Assembly: GCA_963816185.1 (NCBI GenBank)
Contig: CAWFJJ010000001.1
Location: forward strand, 32,001 to 96,000
Origin: Thermoanaerobaculia bacterium
GTDB taxonomy: Bacteria > Acidobacteriota > Thermoanaerobaculia > UBA5066
Direction of reading: 5' to 3'
Length of the DNA stretch: 64,000 nucleotides
Program-made: the position numbers and the translations under genes
Notes under the pieces: generated by a model
Seen by the model: only the letters and a program-made list of their open reading frames with translations
Told to the model about the DNA's origin: nothing
Database searches by the model: none
Part shown: positions 10,707 to 21,244 of the stretch, one piece after another
How the letters are laid out: each line of letters begins with the position of its first letter
Numbering within the stretch: position 1 is the first letter of the stretch

Positions 10707-12185
10707 ATGTCCGCCTCGGTCGCGCCCCGCTTCGACCCCGCGCGACGACGGGCGGTGACGATCGCGCTGCTTCTCGTCACGGCGCTCGCGTCTTTCGAGT
10801 CGACGATCGTCTCGACCGCGATGCCCACGATCATCGGCGAGCTCCATGGCCTGCCCCTCTATTCCTGGGTCTTCTCGATCTACCTCCTCGCCTCGACCGT
10901 CACGATGCCGATTTACGGGCGGCTCGCGGACGTATACGGGAGGCGGCGCATCCTGATGACGGCTACGGCCATCTTCCTCACCGGCGCCGTCACGTGCGCG
11001 CTGGCACGTTCGATGCCGCAGCTCATCGTGGCGCGCGGCCTTCAGGGTCTCGGGGCCGGCGGCCTCATGCCGATCGCGCTCACCGTTTCCGGCGATCTGT
11101 ACTCCCTCGAAGAGAGGGCGCGGGTGCAGGCCTTCTTCAGCGGAGTCTGGGGATTCGCGAGCCTCGTGGGCCCGCTCCTGGGGGCGTTCCTGACGATCAC
11201 GTTCGGGTGGCGTTCCATCTTCACGATCAACGTGCCGCTCGGCATCATCGCGTTCGTCCTCGTCGCGACGAAGATGATCGAGTCGCGCAAGCCTGGCTCC
11301 GACCCGGTGGACGTCGCCGGCGCCGTGACGCTGGCGCTCGGCATCACCGCGCTCCTCTTCGCGGTTCTCCAGCGAGCCGGAGCCGGAACCCTCGGAGCCG
11401 GCAGGCGACTCGCCGTCGGAGGCTCGGGGCTCGTGCTCCTCGCCGCTTTTGCCCGCCTTCAAGCGAGGCGGGAGCATCCGCTCGTGCCTCCCGATCTCTT
11501 CCGCCGCGCGCGGACGGCGGCTCCGTACGTGGGAGGCGTTCTCCTGGGCACGACGATCTACGGCGTCGACACGTTCGTCCCCCTCTTCGTTCAGGGAGCT
11601 CGTGGCGGAACCGCGGGAGCGGCCGGAGCCGTCATCACGCCGCTCGTCCTCTTCTGGTCGCTTTCCGCGGCAGCCGCCGCGCGCGTCATCGTCCGGTTCG
11701 GCTTCCGGAGAACAGCCCGGGCGGGGGCGGTCCTGATCCTCGCAGGCTTCATCGGCCTGCTCATCGCCGTGCGGCTCGACGCGCCCGTCTTCGCGATCAG
11801 CGCCGCGTGCGGCCTGATCGGCGCCGGCCTCGGGCCGTCGTCGCTCGCGCAGGTGCTCGCGATCCAGAACGTCGTGGACGAGAGCCGCCGGGGCGTCGCA
11901 ACGAGCCTCGTGCCGTTCTTTCGCACCGTCGGGGGCTCGCTGGGCGTGGGTGCTCTCGGAGGCATCCTCGCCTCGGGTCTGACGAGGCGGATGGGAGCCG
12001 CCGCCGATTCGGCCGGAGCGGCCCTCGCGGAAGGGCGCGTGCCGCGGGAGCTTCGCCTCGCGCTCGAGCAGTCGCTCCTGCCCGTCTTCGCCGTGCTGCT
12101 CGTCCTCGCGAGCGTGAATCTCGTCGTGACGTCGCGGTTTCCCGACCTCGTGGTGGCGCCGCGTACGACAGCGAAGCGCGCGTAA
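10707..12185 (+). CDS. MFS transporter (DHA2-like)
   Basis: TIVSTAMPTI, motif A (GRLADVYGRR), RGLQGLGAGG and GWRSIFTINVPLG. Confidence 0.88.
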   Translation: MSASVAPRFDPARRRAVTIALLLVTALASFESTIVSTAMPTIIGELHGLPLYSWVFSIYLLASTVTMPIYGRLADVYGRRRILMTATAIFLTGAVTCALARSMPQLIVARGLQGLGAGGLMPIALTVSGDLYSLEERARVQAFFSGVWGFASLVGPLLGAFLTITFGWRSIFTINVPLGIIAFVLVATKMIESRKPGSDPVDVAGAVTLALGITALLFAVLQRAGAGTLGAGRRLAVGGSGLVLLAAFARLQARREHPLVPPDLFRRARTAAPYVGGVLLGTTIYGVDTFVPLFVQGARGGTAGAAGAVITPLVLFWSLSAAAAARVIVRFGFRRTARAGAVLILAGFIGLLIAVRLDAPVFAISAACGLIGAGLGPSSLAQVLAIQNVVDESRRGVATSLVPFFRTVGGSLGVGALGGILASGLTRRMGAAADSAGAALAEGRVPRELRLALEQSLLPVFAVLLVLASVNLVVTSRFPDLVVAPRTTAKRA

Positions 12186-12243
12186 GGGCGCCGAGAAGAG
12201 TGCGTTTGCGCGCGACGCCCGGTTCGCGAGACGATGGTCGATC

Positions 12244-13969
12244 ATGCGCCTGAAGCTCGGACTCTTGCTGGTCGCGCTCGGTACCGGCCTACCCGCGTGT
12301 CCGGAAACGGCCCCTCTTCTCGTCGACGGCCTGCGCGCGGACCTCTCCTCCGCCGCCGAGTTCGCCCTCGGAGACGCTCCGGACGGCGTCGCGGGTCTCG
12401 ACCGCCTCGAATGGCGCCCCATCCGCGTCCCCGGGTCGTGGCAAGAAGCCGGCATCCCGGAGCACGGGTATGCGTGGTACCGGTTCCGATTCACTCTGTC
12501 GGCCGCGGCTGCCGTACATCCGCTTGCGTTCACGTGCTCGCAGATCCGTGACGTGGACGAGACCTTCCTCGACGGCGTCCGCGTCGGGGGGACGGGCGCG
12601 TTCCCGCCCCGGTACGACAAGGGCACGCTTCAGGCGCGCCTGTACGAGCTTCCGGCGTCGCTCACGAGCGCCCCAGGCCCGCACGTTCTCGCCGTGCGCG
12701 TCTTCAACGCGGGTCCGCGGCCCGGAGGCCTCACGGCCGCGCCTTTTCTCGACACCGTGTCGGGCGCGTTCTGGGACCGGACGATGTTCGAATCGCCGCT
12801 CGCCCTCGTGGCCGCGGCGATCTTCTCGCTGGGCGTCTTCGCGCTTTTCGTATTCCTTCGCGACCGGCGGCAGCGCGAGTTCCTGCTCTTTTTCCTTCTG
12901 ACCGCCGGCGTGGCGGCGTACGTCGCCTCCTGGTTGTCGCTCTGGTCGCGTTTCGGCGTGTCCCTGTCGTTCATCTTCCGGGCGAACTTCGCCCTCGCCT
13001 TCTCTCTCGGCCCTGCTCACGCTGTTCTTTCACTACTTCTTCGTCCTTGCGGTCCCGCGGTGGATGCGCGTCGTTCTCGCGATCCAGCTCGCCGGCTTCC
13101 TCGTGACCTGCGCGTTGCCTCGGGTCGACGACCTCTACTTCATCCTGCCGGTTTGTTATGCAACGGTGATCGTGAGCGGCTTCCACGTCGTGCACGTGCT
13201 CGTGCGCAAGCTGCGCCGGCGCGCTCCGCACGCTCTCACGATCCTCGTGGGCTTCGGGCTGATTTTTCTCGCGACGCTCCGCGACATGGCGCAGGACCTC
13301 GGGCTGATCCCCTGGGGCGTGAGGACGCGTTACGTGGGCCTCGCCTTCCTCGTCTTCGCAGTCCTGTTCCTGTCGGTCGTCGCGGACCGCATGGCGCGCC
13401 TCCGGGTGGCCGCGTCGACGGACCCGTTGACCGGCCTTCCGAATCGCGCGGGCCTCTTCGAGCGCATCCGGATGGAGCTCGCGAGAAGCCAGCGCTCGAA
13501 TCTCTCGCTCGCGCTCGCCGTCCTCGACCTCGATCGCTTCAAGGAGTTCAACGACCGCTTCGGACACCTGGCCGGGGACCGGCTTCTCATCGCGGCGGGC
13601 GAGCGCCTCGCGGAGTCGGTGCGCACGACCGATCTCGCCGTGCGCTTCGGGGGAGAGGAGTTCGTCCTTCTCCTGCCCGAAATCTCCGCCGAGGAGGCCA
13701 TGCGCTGCTGCGAACGGATCCGCGAGGCCGTGCGCGGCATCCGTGTGTTCGGCGCCGAGACCGGTACGACGATCTCCATCGGAGTCGCCGTCCACGAGCC
13801 GAAAGGCGGCTCGCCGCCCACCGAGGCCTCTCTTCTGCGCGTGGCCGACGCCGCGCTCTACCGGGCAAAGGCCCTGGGGCGTGACCGCGTCTTCCTGGCG
13901 GAGGGTCCGGTGCCCCGCGAGACCTCGCGGACCGCGAGCGGCGATTCCGTGCGGAGTGAAGCCATCTGA
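12244..13969 (+). CDS. Membrane diguanylate cyclase with extracellular sugar-binding (jelly-roll) domain and 7TM-like region; +1 frameshift at ~13009
   Basis: The N-terminus has VPGSW...GYAWYRFRF...DETFLDG...HVLAVRV. Removing one G at 13009-13010 joins it to ORF 13064..13969, which has DPLTGLPNR, DLDRFK, the RxxD I-site (RTTD) and GGEEF. Confidence 0.8.
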
Positions 13970-13994
13970 CCCTTCACGGATCTACAATTCCGCC

Positions 13995-14613
13995 ATGAGG
14001 GTCACGATCCTCGCCCTCGTCTCGTTCGCGGCGGCAGCGGCCGGATCGGCCGCCGCGCAGCAGCCGACGCTCGTTCCGGAAGCGAGGCCGACACCCGCCG
14101 AGGAGCACGTCGTGGCGCCGTCCCTTCCCGATCAGCCGAACAAGGAAGGCGTCGTCCGTCCCAGCGGCTCGATGCCGACCGACTCGGAGGGCTACGTGCG
14201 AACGAATCGGGGTGCGATCGACCCGACCACCAAGTCGCCGGCTCCGGGTTCCGCCCAGGGCGCCGTGCCGGGCCCGGGACTGGCCGGCACCACCCCGGTC
14301 CCGACAGCGTCGCTTGCCCCCCAGCGGAAGCCGACCGTGAAGGCCGCGTACCTGTCGGTGCGCGGCACGGTGAAAGCGTACAAGAAGGGCGTCTCGATCA
14401 CGGTCGTCGAGGCCAACCGGCGCGAGCGCACCGTGAAGATCGCGGGGAACGCGTCGGTTTACGAAGGCCTCGCCGTGGGCGACAAGGTCGTCGTGAGGAT
14501 CCCGCTCGGGAAGCCGGCGGACGGAAAGACCCTGGACCACGATCGAGAGGCAAAGACCGCTCAGGGCGCCGCCGAAGTCGAAGTTCAGCAAAGCGCAATC
14601 GCCGGCGAGCTGA
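13995..14613 (+). CDS. Exported Pro-rich protein with small C-terminal beta-barrel (OB-like) domain; probable frameshift near 14535
   Basis: Signal peptide MRVTILALVSFAAAAAG; domain GTVKAYKKGVSITV...GLAVGDKVVV. An alternative frame ends TIERQRP...SPAS* at 14613, just before the paralog. Confidence 0.5.
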
Positions 14614-14629
14614 GGAGCCGCATACCGGG

Positions 14630-15211
14630 ATGCCACGGTTTCTCGTCCCTTCGCTCCCTCTTCTGGCTGTCCTCGCGGGGCCTCTCGCCGCGCAGCAGCC
14701 CACCCCGACGCCTGCAAATGCGGTCGATCCGGCCGACCAGTCCGCCGTGGCTCCCGCGCTCCCCGTGCGCGCGAACGAGCCGAATCCCGAGGTGGTCCTC
14801 GGCGCTCCCCCCGCCGCGACTCCCGCGGTGGCGCCGTCGCCGTCTCCGCCAGAGCCGGTCCCCGCTTCCGTCAAACAACAGGAGGCGCCCACGGTCTCCT
14901 CGCCGCCGATCTCCGTGTCCCCTGCGGCCGGCAGCCCGCACGCGAAAGCGGGTGTGATTTCCGCGAAGCCGGTCGCCGTCTCGCACGGGGCGGCCTCTAC
15001 GGTCACGAGCTATCGGAAAGGCAAGTCCCTGACCGTGAAGACGCCGGCCGGATCGCTCGTTCAGTACCGCCTCGGGAAGCACACGATCCTGCCGGACGGT
15101 CTCGCTCCCGGCCGCCAGGTCCTCGTCGAGACGAGAATCATCAAGAAGCGTCGCGTCGCGACGAAAGTTTCGTACGCCGAGGGCCGCGTCGTCCTCACGA
15201 ACGTGAACTGA
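14630..15211 (+). CDS. Exported Pro-rich protein, paralog of the upstream gene
   Basis: Signal peptide ending AAQQPT as in the upstream gene; domain STVTSYRKGKSLTV...GLAPGRQVLV; GAGGAG RBS. Confidence 0.6.
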   Translation: MPRFLVPSLPLLAVLAGPLAAQQPTPTPANAVDPADQSAVAPALPVRANEPNPEVVLGAPPAATPAVAPSPSPPEPVPASVKQQEAPTVSSPPISVSPAAGSPHAKAGVISAKPVAVSHGAASTVTSYRKGKSLTVKTPAGSLVQYRLGKHTILPDGLAPGRQVLVETRIIKKRRVATKVSYAEGRVVLTNVN

Positions 15212-15248
15212 GAGCCGTCGCGCTTACGCGCCGTGACGTAACCGCCGC

Positions 15249-15938
15249 GTGATCCTCTTCGAGAACGACGACGTCCTCGCTCTCGACAAACCGCCGGGCG
15301 TCTCGATGGCGACGTCGACGAAAATAGGGAAGTCGGCGGCGGACGCGGTCGCGCGCGTGTTCGCGGCATGCGGCGTTCGCCGGCCGGACTCGCCTCTGCT
15401 CCTCGTACACCGGCTGGACGCCGGGACGTCGGGCGTCGTCCTCTTCGCGAAAACGCCCGAAGCCCACCGAGCGCTCAGCCTTTCGCTGCAGGAGCGCCGT
15501 GCGAAGAAGACGTACCGTGCGCTCGTCTGGGGCCATCCGGTGCCCGCGAAGGGGACGATCGACCTCGCGCTCGCCCGCGACCCGAAGGATGGCCGCAAGA
15601 TGCGCGTTTCTCGGGAGGGGAAGCCGTCCATTACTCGTTACGTGACGCTCCGGAGGTTCTCGTCCCTCGCCGATCTCGAGCTTCGGCCCGAGACCGGACG
15701 CACGCACCAGATTCGGGTTCATCTTTCGGCGAAGGGGCACCCGATCGCAGGCGACGACTTCTACGGCGGCGCCAGCCGGTGGCACGGCGTGCGCGACCCC
15801 CGTCTCCGCGAGGCGCTCAAAACGATCGGGCACCCCCTCCTCCACGCCGTGCGCATCGAGATTCCGGAAATGGGAATCGACGTGACGGCCCCTCTGCCCG
15901 AGGATTACGAGGAGATTCTTGCTTCCCTCTCTTCCTAG
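15249..15938 (+). CDS. RluA family pseudouridine synthase
   Basis: DKPPG, VHRLDAGTSG, TGRTHQIRVH, GDDFYG and LHA. Confidence 0.92.
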   Translation: MILFENDDVLALDKPPGVSMATSTKIGKSAADAVARVFAACGVRRPDSPLLLVHRLDAGTSGVVLFAKTPEAHRALSLSLQERRAKKTYRALVWGHPVPAKGTIDLALARDPKDGRKMRVSREGKPSITRYVTLRRFSSLADLELRPETGRTHQIRVHLSAKGHPIAGDDFYGGASRWHGVRDPRLREALKTIGHPLLHAVRIEIPEMGIDVTAPLPEDYEEILASLSS

Positions 15939-18889
15939 AAAATCACCTTTGCCGCGAGCTGGACGATGCGCGGGCCCGCCGAGGTCGTCGGCGTACCGAA
16001 CGCGGAGAGCCTCGTGAGAGTTGTTCCGCTCACGGCGTAGTAGCCCTGGTTCACGCCGTTGACGTTCGAGCGGTTGAAGACGTTGAAAGCCTCGGCGATG
16101 AGCTGGAGCGTCGCCGGGCCGATCGGAATGTCCTTCGTGATGCGCGGGTCGACCGAGAAGAACGTCGGGTAGGTGAACGTGTTGCGCCCGAATCCCTGCG
16201 CGCGGTCGTTCTGAACGTTGCCGTCATTGTTGATGTCGCTGAGCGGCGCGAGGATCGCGGTGTAGGGCTGGCCGCTCGCGATCGTGACGATCCCCGAGAG
16301 CGACCAGCCTCCGAAGACAGCCTGCTCCATGCCCCCTGCGTTCCGGTAATACGGGAGGCTCCAGTAGGCCGAGAGGACGAAACGATGGCGCTGGTCGGCG
16401 TTGCCGACGGCGTAATCGGCCTGGAAGTTCTTCGGGTCGGAGGCCTGCTTCCCGTCGTCGCCGACCCCCGGCACGACCGAGGTGGCGTCAGGCTTCGTAT
16501 CGAGAACCTTCCCGTACGTATATGCGACGCGCGCCTGCCAGTTGTCCGAGAAGCGCTTGTTCAGCTCGAGCGTGATGCCGTTGTAGTTGGACTCCGCCGT
16601 GCTCTGGAACTCGATGACGCGGTTGAAGTTCGCAAACGGGCGGTCCGCGCCGTACCGCACGACGGGGTAGACGTTCCCGGCCGCGTCCGTGTAGTTGACG
16701 ATGGTGGGAGACCCGACGTTGATGTCTGCCGAGCGCTGGAGGTCCGTGGCCTTGACGTAGAGGTAGGAGAGGCCGAGCGAGACGTCGGCGGACATCGCGT
16801 GCTCGATGCCGAGGCTCGCCTGGTGAACGAGCGGGTTCTGGAAGTTCGGGTCGAAGACGAGAATCGTCGGCTTGGGCAGCGAGACGCCCGTCGGAATGGA
16901 GGGGAAGATGTTCGGGTACGTGGGCATCTGCGCGCCCGTGAACGTGATCCCCTGCACGTTGATGCCGTTGTTCGACATCGCGGTGCCGATCATGATCGAC
17001 GGCGTGCGGCCGTAGAACATGCCGTAGCCGCCGCGTACGACGGTCTTGTCCTGGCCCTTCGGCGTCCACGCGAAGCCGAGCCGGGCGGCGACGTTGTTCG
17101 TGTCCTCCGGAATGACGCTCGTGTCGATGCCGGCCGCGAGGAGCTGAGCGTCGGGATTCCGGGTGGTCGGCTGCTTGATGCCCTGCCTGTCGTATCGGAC
17201 TCCGAGATTGATCGTGAGGTTCTGGATCGGCCGAAACTCGTCCTGCAGGAAGAGACCGATCTCGGACAAGTCGGGGTTCGTGTACGGGCCGCTCGTGCCG
17301 GCGCCCGGAAAGTTCTGGATGAACCGGATGGGCTGCCCGAGGTTGTAAGCCGCGACCGAGTTGAACGTGTACTGGCCGGAGAAGAGGCCCGGGAACCAAT
17401 TCAGGATGAGATCGCGGTTGAAGTCGAAGCCGCCCTTGACCGTGTGGTTTCCGAACAGAAACGTCACCGCGTCGGCGACCTGATAGCGCGTGATCGTCGT
17501 CTCACGCGGGCTGAAGTTGTTCCGCCCGATCGTGAAGGAGAAGTTTCCGACGTCCTGGATGATCGACTCGGGGTCCGTGCTGTTCGCGAGGCCCGGCTCG
17601 GAGTCCTTCGCGTACTGGCCGCGCAGCTCGTTGAAGAGCGACGAGCCGAAGGAATTCGTCACGGCGGCGGTAACCGTGTCCGTGTTCACGAGGGAGTCGC
17701 CCGAGTGCGTGACCGACTGCGTCGTGCCGCCGTTCTCGTTGTTGACGCCCGTGAAGCGCTGCCGGTTGTACCGGACGGACACATGCGTCGAGGTGCCGGC
17801 TTCGTAGTCCGCCTTGGCCAGGAAGACGTCCTGGTTCTGGCCGCGGTCGTACGGCCCGGTGAGAGGCGTCAGCTTCGCGAGGCCGGCCGCGGTGTTCGGG
17901 TCCGTCGGGAGACCGGCCGTGGAAAGGATGACGGGCTGACCGTTCGTGTTGCGCTGGCCGTCGTAGTTCGCGAAGAAAAACAGCTGGTCCTTGAGGATCG
18001 GCCCACCGAGGCTCGCGCCGAACTGGTTGTAGTGGTAGTTGCTCTTGGCGCGGCCGTTGATCACGTTGACGTAATCGTTCGCGTTCAGGCCCTTGTCGCG
18101 GAAGAACTCGAAGGCCGAGCCATGGAACTCGTTCGTGCCGGACTTCGTCACGACGTTGATGACGGCGCCGCCCGCCCGCCCGTATTCGGCCGTGTAGGCG
18201 TTGCGGTTCACCTGGAATTCCTTCACGGCATCCTGGCTGAACTGGTAGGGCGCGCGGCCCGAACCCGTTCTGCCGAGCGCCTGGCCGAAGAACGTGTTGT
18301 TGTTGTCGGCCCCGTCGATCACGAGGCTGTTCAGCGTGCCGCGCTGGCCCGCGAAGCTGATGTCGCCGAGGCGCGGGTCCTTTGTGACGCCCGGCGTCGT
18401 GAGAACGAAGTCGATGAAGTTGCGCCCGTTCGTGGGCAGGTTCCCGATGTAGTTTTCGTTCACGACGTCGCTTTGCTGCGTCCGCGTCGTCTCGATGAGC
18501 GGCGCCTCCTCGGTGACGGTCACGGCCGTCTTGACGCTCGAGAGCGCGAGGGTGAGCTTGAGGGTCACGTCGCCGCCGACGTTCAGCTCGATGCCCGGCT
18601 TCGTTGCGGACGTGAAGCCGGAAAGATCGGCGGTGACGTCGTAGAGGCCGACGGAAAGTACCGGAAACGTGAAGGCGCCCGAGGCGTTCGTCACGGCCGT
18701 GCGCACGGCGCCGGTTTTCACGTTCTTCGCGGTGACGCTCGCGCCGGGCAGGGGCCCTCCGGCGGCGTCCGAAACGGTGCCCGAGATCGAGCCCCCCGTG
18801 CTCTGCGCGAGGAGATCTGTGGCGGGCCACGCGAGGGCGACGGCCAGGATCGCGGACAGAACGGCGACAGAACGAAACGATCGCGACAT
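15935..18889 (-). CDS. TonB-dependent receptor, Oar-like, with N-terminal carboxypeptidase-regulatory-like domain
   Basis: Signal peptide, ISGTVSD...LPGASVT, LPTNGRNF, AEYGRAGGAVINVVTKSGTNEFHG, LNLGVRYD-like motif and terminal PRIVQLAAKVIF. Confidence 0.9.
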   Translation of the reverse strand: MSRSFRSVAVLSAILAVALAWPATDLLAQSTGGSISGTVSDAAGGPLPGASVTAKNVKTGAVRTAVTNASGAFTFPVLSVGLYDVTADLSGFTSATKPGIELNVGGDVTLKLTLALSSVKTAVTVTEEAPLIETTRTQQSDVVNENYIGNLPTNGRNFIDFVLTTPGVTKDPRLGDISFAGQRGTLNSLVIDGADNNNTFFGQALGRTGSGRAPYQFSQDAVKEFQVNRNAYTAEYGRAGGAVINVVTKSGTNEFHGSAFEFFRDKGLNANDYVNVINGRAKSNYHYNQFGASLGGPILKDQLFFFANYDGQRNTNGQPVILSTAGLPTDPNTAAGLAKLTPLTGPYDRGQNQDVFLAKADYEAGTSTHVSVRYNRQRFTGVNNENGGTTQSVTHSGDSLVNTDTVTAAVTNSFGSSLFNELRGQYAKDSEPGLANSTDPESIIQDVGNFSFTIGRNNFSPRETTITRYQVADAVTFLFGNHTVKGGFDFNRDLILNWFPGLFSGQYTFNSVAAYNLGQPIRFIQNFPGAGTSGPYTNPDLSEIGLFLQDEFRPIQNLTINLGVRYDRQGIKQPTTRNPDAQLLAAGIDTSVIPEDTNNVAARLGFAWTPKGQDKTVVRGGYGMFYGRTPSIMIGTAMSNNGINVQGITFTGAQMPTYPNIFPSIPTGVSLPKPTILVFDPNFQNPLVHQASLGIEHAMSADVSLGLSYLYVKATDLQRSADINVGSPTIVNYTDAAGNVYPVVRYGADRPFANFNRVIEFQSTAESNYNGITLELNKRFSDNWQARVAYTYGKVLDTKPDATSVVPGVGDDGKQASDPKNFQADYAVGNADQRHRFVLSAYWSLPYYRNAGGMEQAVFGGWSLSGIVTIASGQPYTAILAPLSDINNDGNVQNDRAQGFGRNTFTYPTFFSVDPRITKDIPIGPATLQLIAEAFNVFNRSNVNGVNQGYYAVSGTTLTRLSAFGTPTTSAGPRIVQLAAKVIF

Positions 18890-19000
18890 CGAAATCCTCC
18901 TTCGGACCGCCGAATGATCGTCACCCCTCGGCGCAGGGGGTGTGAAGTTCGCGTGAAGCCTATCTCAAGATCGGCCGGCGGATTCTCGTCGCTGACGACA

Positions 19001-20146
19001 TCAGCGTGAAGGCGCGGACGAATGAGAGGGGGAGCGAACGGGGGCGCAACCGCGCGCCGCGAGAAACGTCGCGACCCCGGCGAGGAGGACGAGACTCGCC
19101 CCGAACAGCAGCAGGAGAGGGCCCTTCTTCGGAGGGGGAAGCTCGCTCGTCACGGGAGCGGCCGGCGGGCGCCTCGGCCTCAGGGGAGCCGTGGAGTCCG
19201 CGAGGGAGACCGGCTCGGCGGCGCCGGCGAACGCGGGGACTTCGCGAGTGATCGCGCTGCGGGTGGGTTTCGCGTGGAGCTCGCGCCGTGCGACCACGAG
19301 GTCGAGGATCATCTGGCCGGCGCTTCCGTACCGTTCCAGGGGCTCCTTCTTGAGGGCCTTGGCGACGATCTGCTTCAGAGCCTCGGGCACGAGGTCGGGC
19401 ACCGGCCACGGATCGGCATCTTTGGTCATCATCTTGGCCACCATCTGGGTCACGCTCGCGCCCGAGAAAGGGTGCACGCCGGCCAGCATCTGGTAGAAGA
19501 CGATTCCGAAAGAGAAGAGATCCGAACGCTCGTCGAGCGGGTTTCCGAGCGCCTGCTCCGGAGAGAGATAGTCGAGCGTGCCGACGATCATCCCCTCGCC
19601 GGTCTGCCGGTGCGAGCGGGACGTGTCGCGCGCGCCCTCGGCGAGCAGCTTGCTGAGGCCGAAATCGAGCACCTTCACGCGGCCGTCCGGCGCGAGCATG
19701 AGGTTCGAGGGCGTGACGTCGCGGTGAAGGATGCGGCTTTGGTGCGCGACCTTCAGGCCCTCGAGCGCCTGGATCGCGATGTCGAGGCATTCCGTGACCG
19801 AGAGTCTCCGCTTGTCCATGATCTCATCGAGGCCTTCGCCTTCCAGGTACTCGAGGACGAGATAGAGGGCGCCCGGCGGGAAACCCACGTCGCGCGCTTC
19901 CGTCGTGGCGAGGTCGTGGATCGTGATGACGTTCGGATGATTGAGCGCCGCGACGGCGCGCGCCTCGTTCATGAAACGGCCGCGCATCTTCGTGTCGCTC
20001 TGGAGCGCCGCGGGCAGGACCTTGATCGCGACGCGGCGGCCGAGCGCCGAATCCGACGCGAGATAGACCTCCCCCATGCCGCCCCGGCCGAGTAAGCGGA
20101 GGATCTCGTACCGGCCGATGCTCTTGGGAAGTGGTTCCGCGGCCAC
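19001..20146 (-). CDS. Hanks-type Ser/Thr protein kinase with C-terminal TM anchor
   Basis: GRGGMGEVY, VAIK, HRDVTPSN, DFG, YLSPEQ and SDLFSFG. The GTG start is inferred from an upstream TATACT. Confidence 0.88.
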   Translation of the reverse strand: MAAEPLPKSIGRYEILRLLGRGGMGEVYLASDSALGRRVAIKVLPAALQSDTKMRGRFMNEARAVAALNHPNVITIHDLATTEARDVGFPPGALYLVLEYLEGEGLDEIMDKRRLSVTECLDIAIQALEGLKVAHQSRILHRDVTPSNLMLAPDGRVKVLDFGLSKLLAEGARDTSRSHRQTGEGMIVGTLDYLSPEQALGNPLDERSDLFSFGIVFYQMLAGVHPFSGASVTQMVAKMMTKDADPWPVPDLVPEALKQIVAKALKKEPLERYGSAGQMILDLVVARRELHAKPTRSAITREVPAFAGAAEPVSLADSTAPLRPRRPPAAPVTSELPPPKKGPLLLLFGASLVLLAGVATFLAARGCAPVRSPSHSSAPSR

Positions 20147-20181
20147 CGAGCCGCAAGTATAGGGAGTCCCCGCTCCCTCGA

Positions 20182-20763
20182 TCAGGAGGGCGTGGACGCG
20201 GCCGCGTCGATCGCCAGCAGGATCGTCAGCGTGCTTCCCTGATCGCGCGTCGTCGAGGTGAGGCCCGTGCGCGCGAAGAGGCGAAGCATCCGCTCGTTGT
20301 TCTTCAGGACCTCCGCCTCGAAGACCGTGATCTCCCTCCCGCGGGCGAGGGTCGCGAGGCGCTGAAAGAGAAGGCTGCCGAGGCCGCGGCCCTGGAAGTC
20401 GTCTGCGACCGTGAACGCGACCTCCGCGTGGGAGGGCCGATCGGGGAAGCGCTCCCACCGCGCAACCCCGACGATCGCCCCCGCCGCCTCGGCGACGATG
20501 GCGTAGCGTCTGTCGTAATCCACGTGCGTGAGGTACTCGGCTTTCCCCGCGTCCTTGTCGGGCACGGCGAAGAAGCGGAAATAGAGGCTGTCCGGAGAAA
20601 GGCGGTCGTAGAGAGCCAGTAGACCGGGTCCGTCGTCTCCCCGGATGGGACGCAGGTGCAGCGCCGTGCCGTCGCGAAGAACGACATCCGACTCGTCCGC
20701 GGCCGGATAGATCCCGCTCGCGCGTGATCCGCTTCCCGGCTCCTCCCGAATCGTTCGAACCAC
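20182..20763 (-). CDS. GNAT N-acetyltransferase (Pat/PatA N-terminal-like)
   Basis: VVLRDG...LRPIR.DD, LSPDSLYFRFF, AEVAFTVADDFQGRGLGS and NERMLRLF. Start uncertain; a GTG with GGAGG upstream was chosen. Confidence 0.8.
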   Translation of the reverse strand: MVRTIREEPGSGSRASGIYPAADESDVVLRDGTALHLRPIRGDDGPGLLALYDRLSPDSLYFRFFAVPDKDAGKAEYLTHVDYDRRYAIVAEAAGAIVGVARWERFPDRPSHAEVAFTVADDFQGRGLGSLLFQRLATLARGREITVFEAEVLKNNERMLRLFARTGLTSTTRDQGSTLTILLAIDAAASTPS

Positions 20764-20845
20764 GCGTCCTCCGGCGGGCTGTTCTTCGACTCCGAAAGAC
20801 GATACAACGCGCCATCGTTCGAGGGGACGCGGACGGGAGGGTGCC

Positions 20846-21244
20846 ATGAAACTCATCACGACGATCATCCGGCCCGAGAAGCTGGCCGACGTGAAGGCCG
20901 CCCTGTTCCGTGCGGGCGTGACGGGGATCTCTCTGTCGCGGGTGCAGGGGCACGGCGGCGAACACGAAACCGTCGAGCAGTACCGCGGGACGACGCTCGT
21001 CTTCGAGTTCGTCGAGAAGGTGCGGATCGACATCGCCGTCTCCGAGCCCTTCGTCGAGCCCACGATCGCGGCGATCCTCGCGGGAGCACGCACGGGCGAG
21101 GTCGGCGACGGCAAGATCTTCGTCCAGCCGCTCGAGCGCATCATCCGGATCCGGACGGGGGAGCAGGACGTGCAGGCGCTCACGCCGGTCTCGGCCGACG
21201 AGGTTCAGGCGCGCGCGATGCGAGCGAAAAGAGAGCCCTCGTGA
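20846..21244 (+). CDS. glnK: P-II nitrogen regulatory protein
   Basis: MKLITTIIRPEKL, YRG T-loop, TGEVGDGKIFV and IRIRTGE; directly upstream of amt. Confidence 0.92.
   Translation: MKLITTIIRPEKLADVKAALFRAGVTGISLSRVQGHGGEHETVEQYRGTTLVFEFVEKVRIDIAVSEPFVEPTIAAILAGARTGEVGDGKIFVQPLERIIRIRTGEQDVQALTPVSADEVQARAMRAKREPS

Noticed and set aside
15368-19009. 1213-aa + strand ORF
   Set aside because: Antisense shadow of the TonB-dependent receptor; it has no motifs and is typical of high-GC codon bias.
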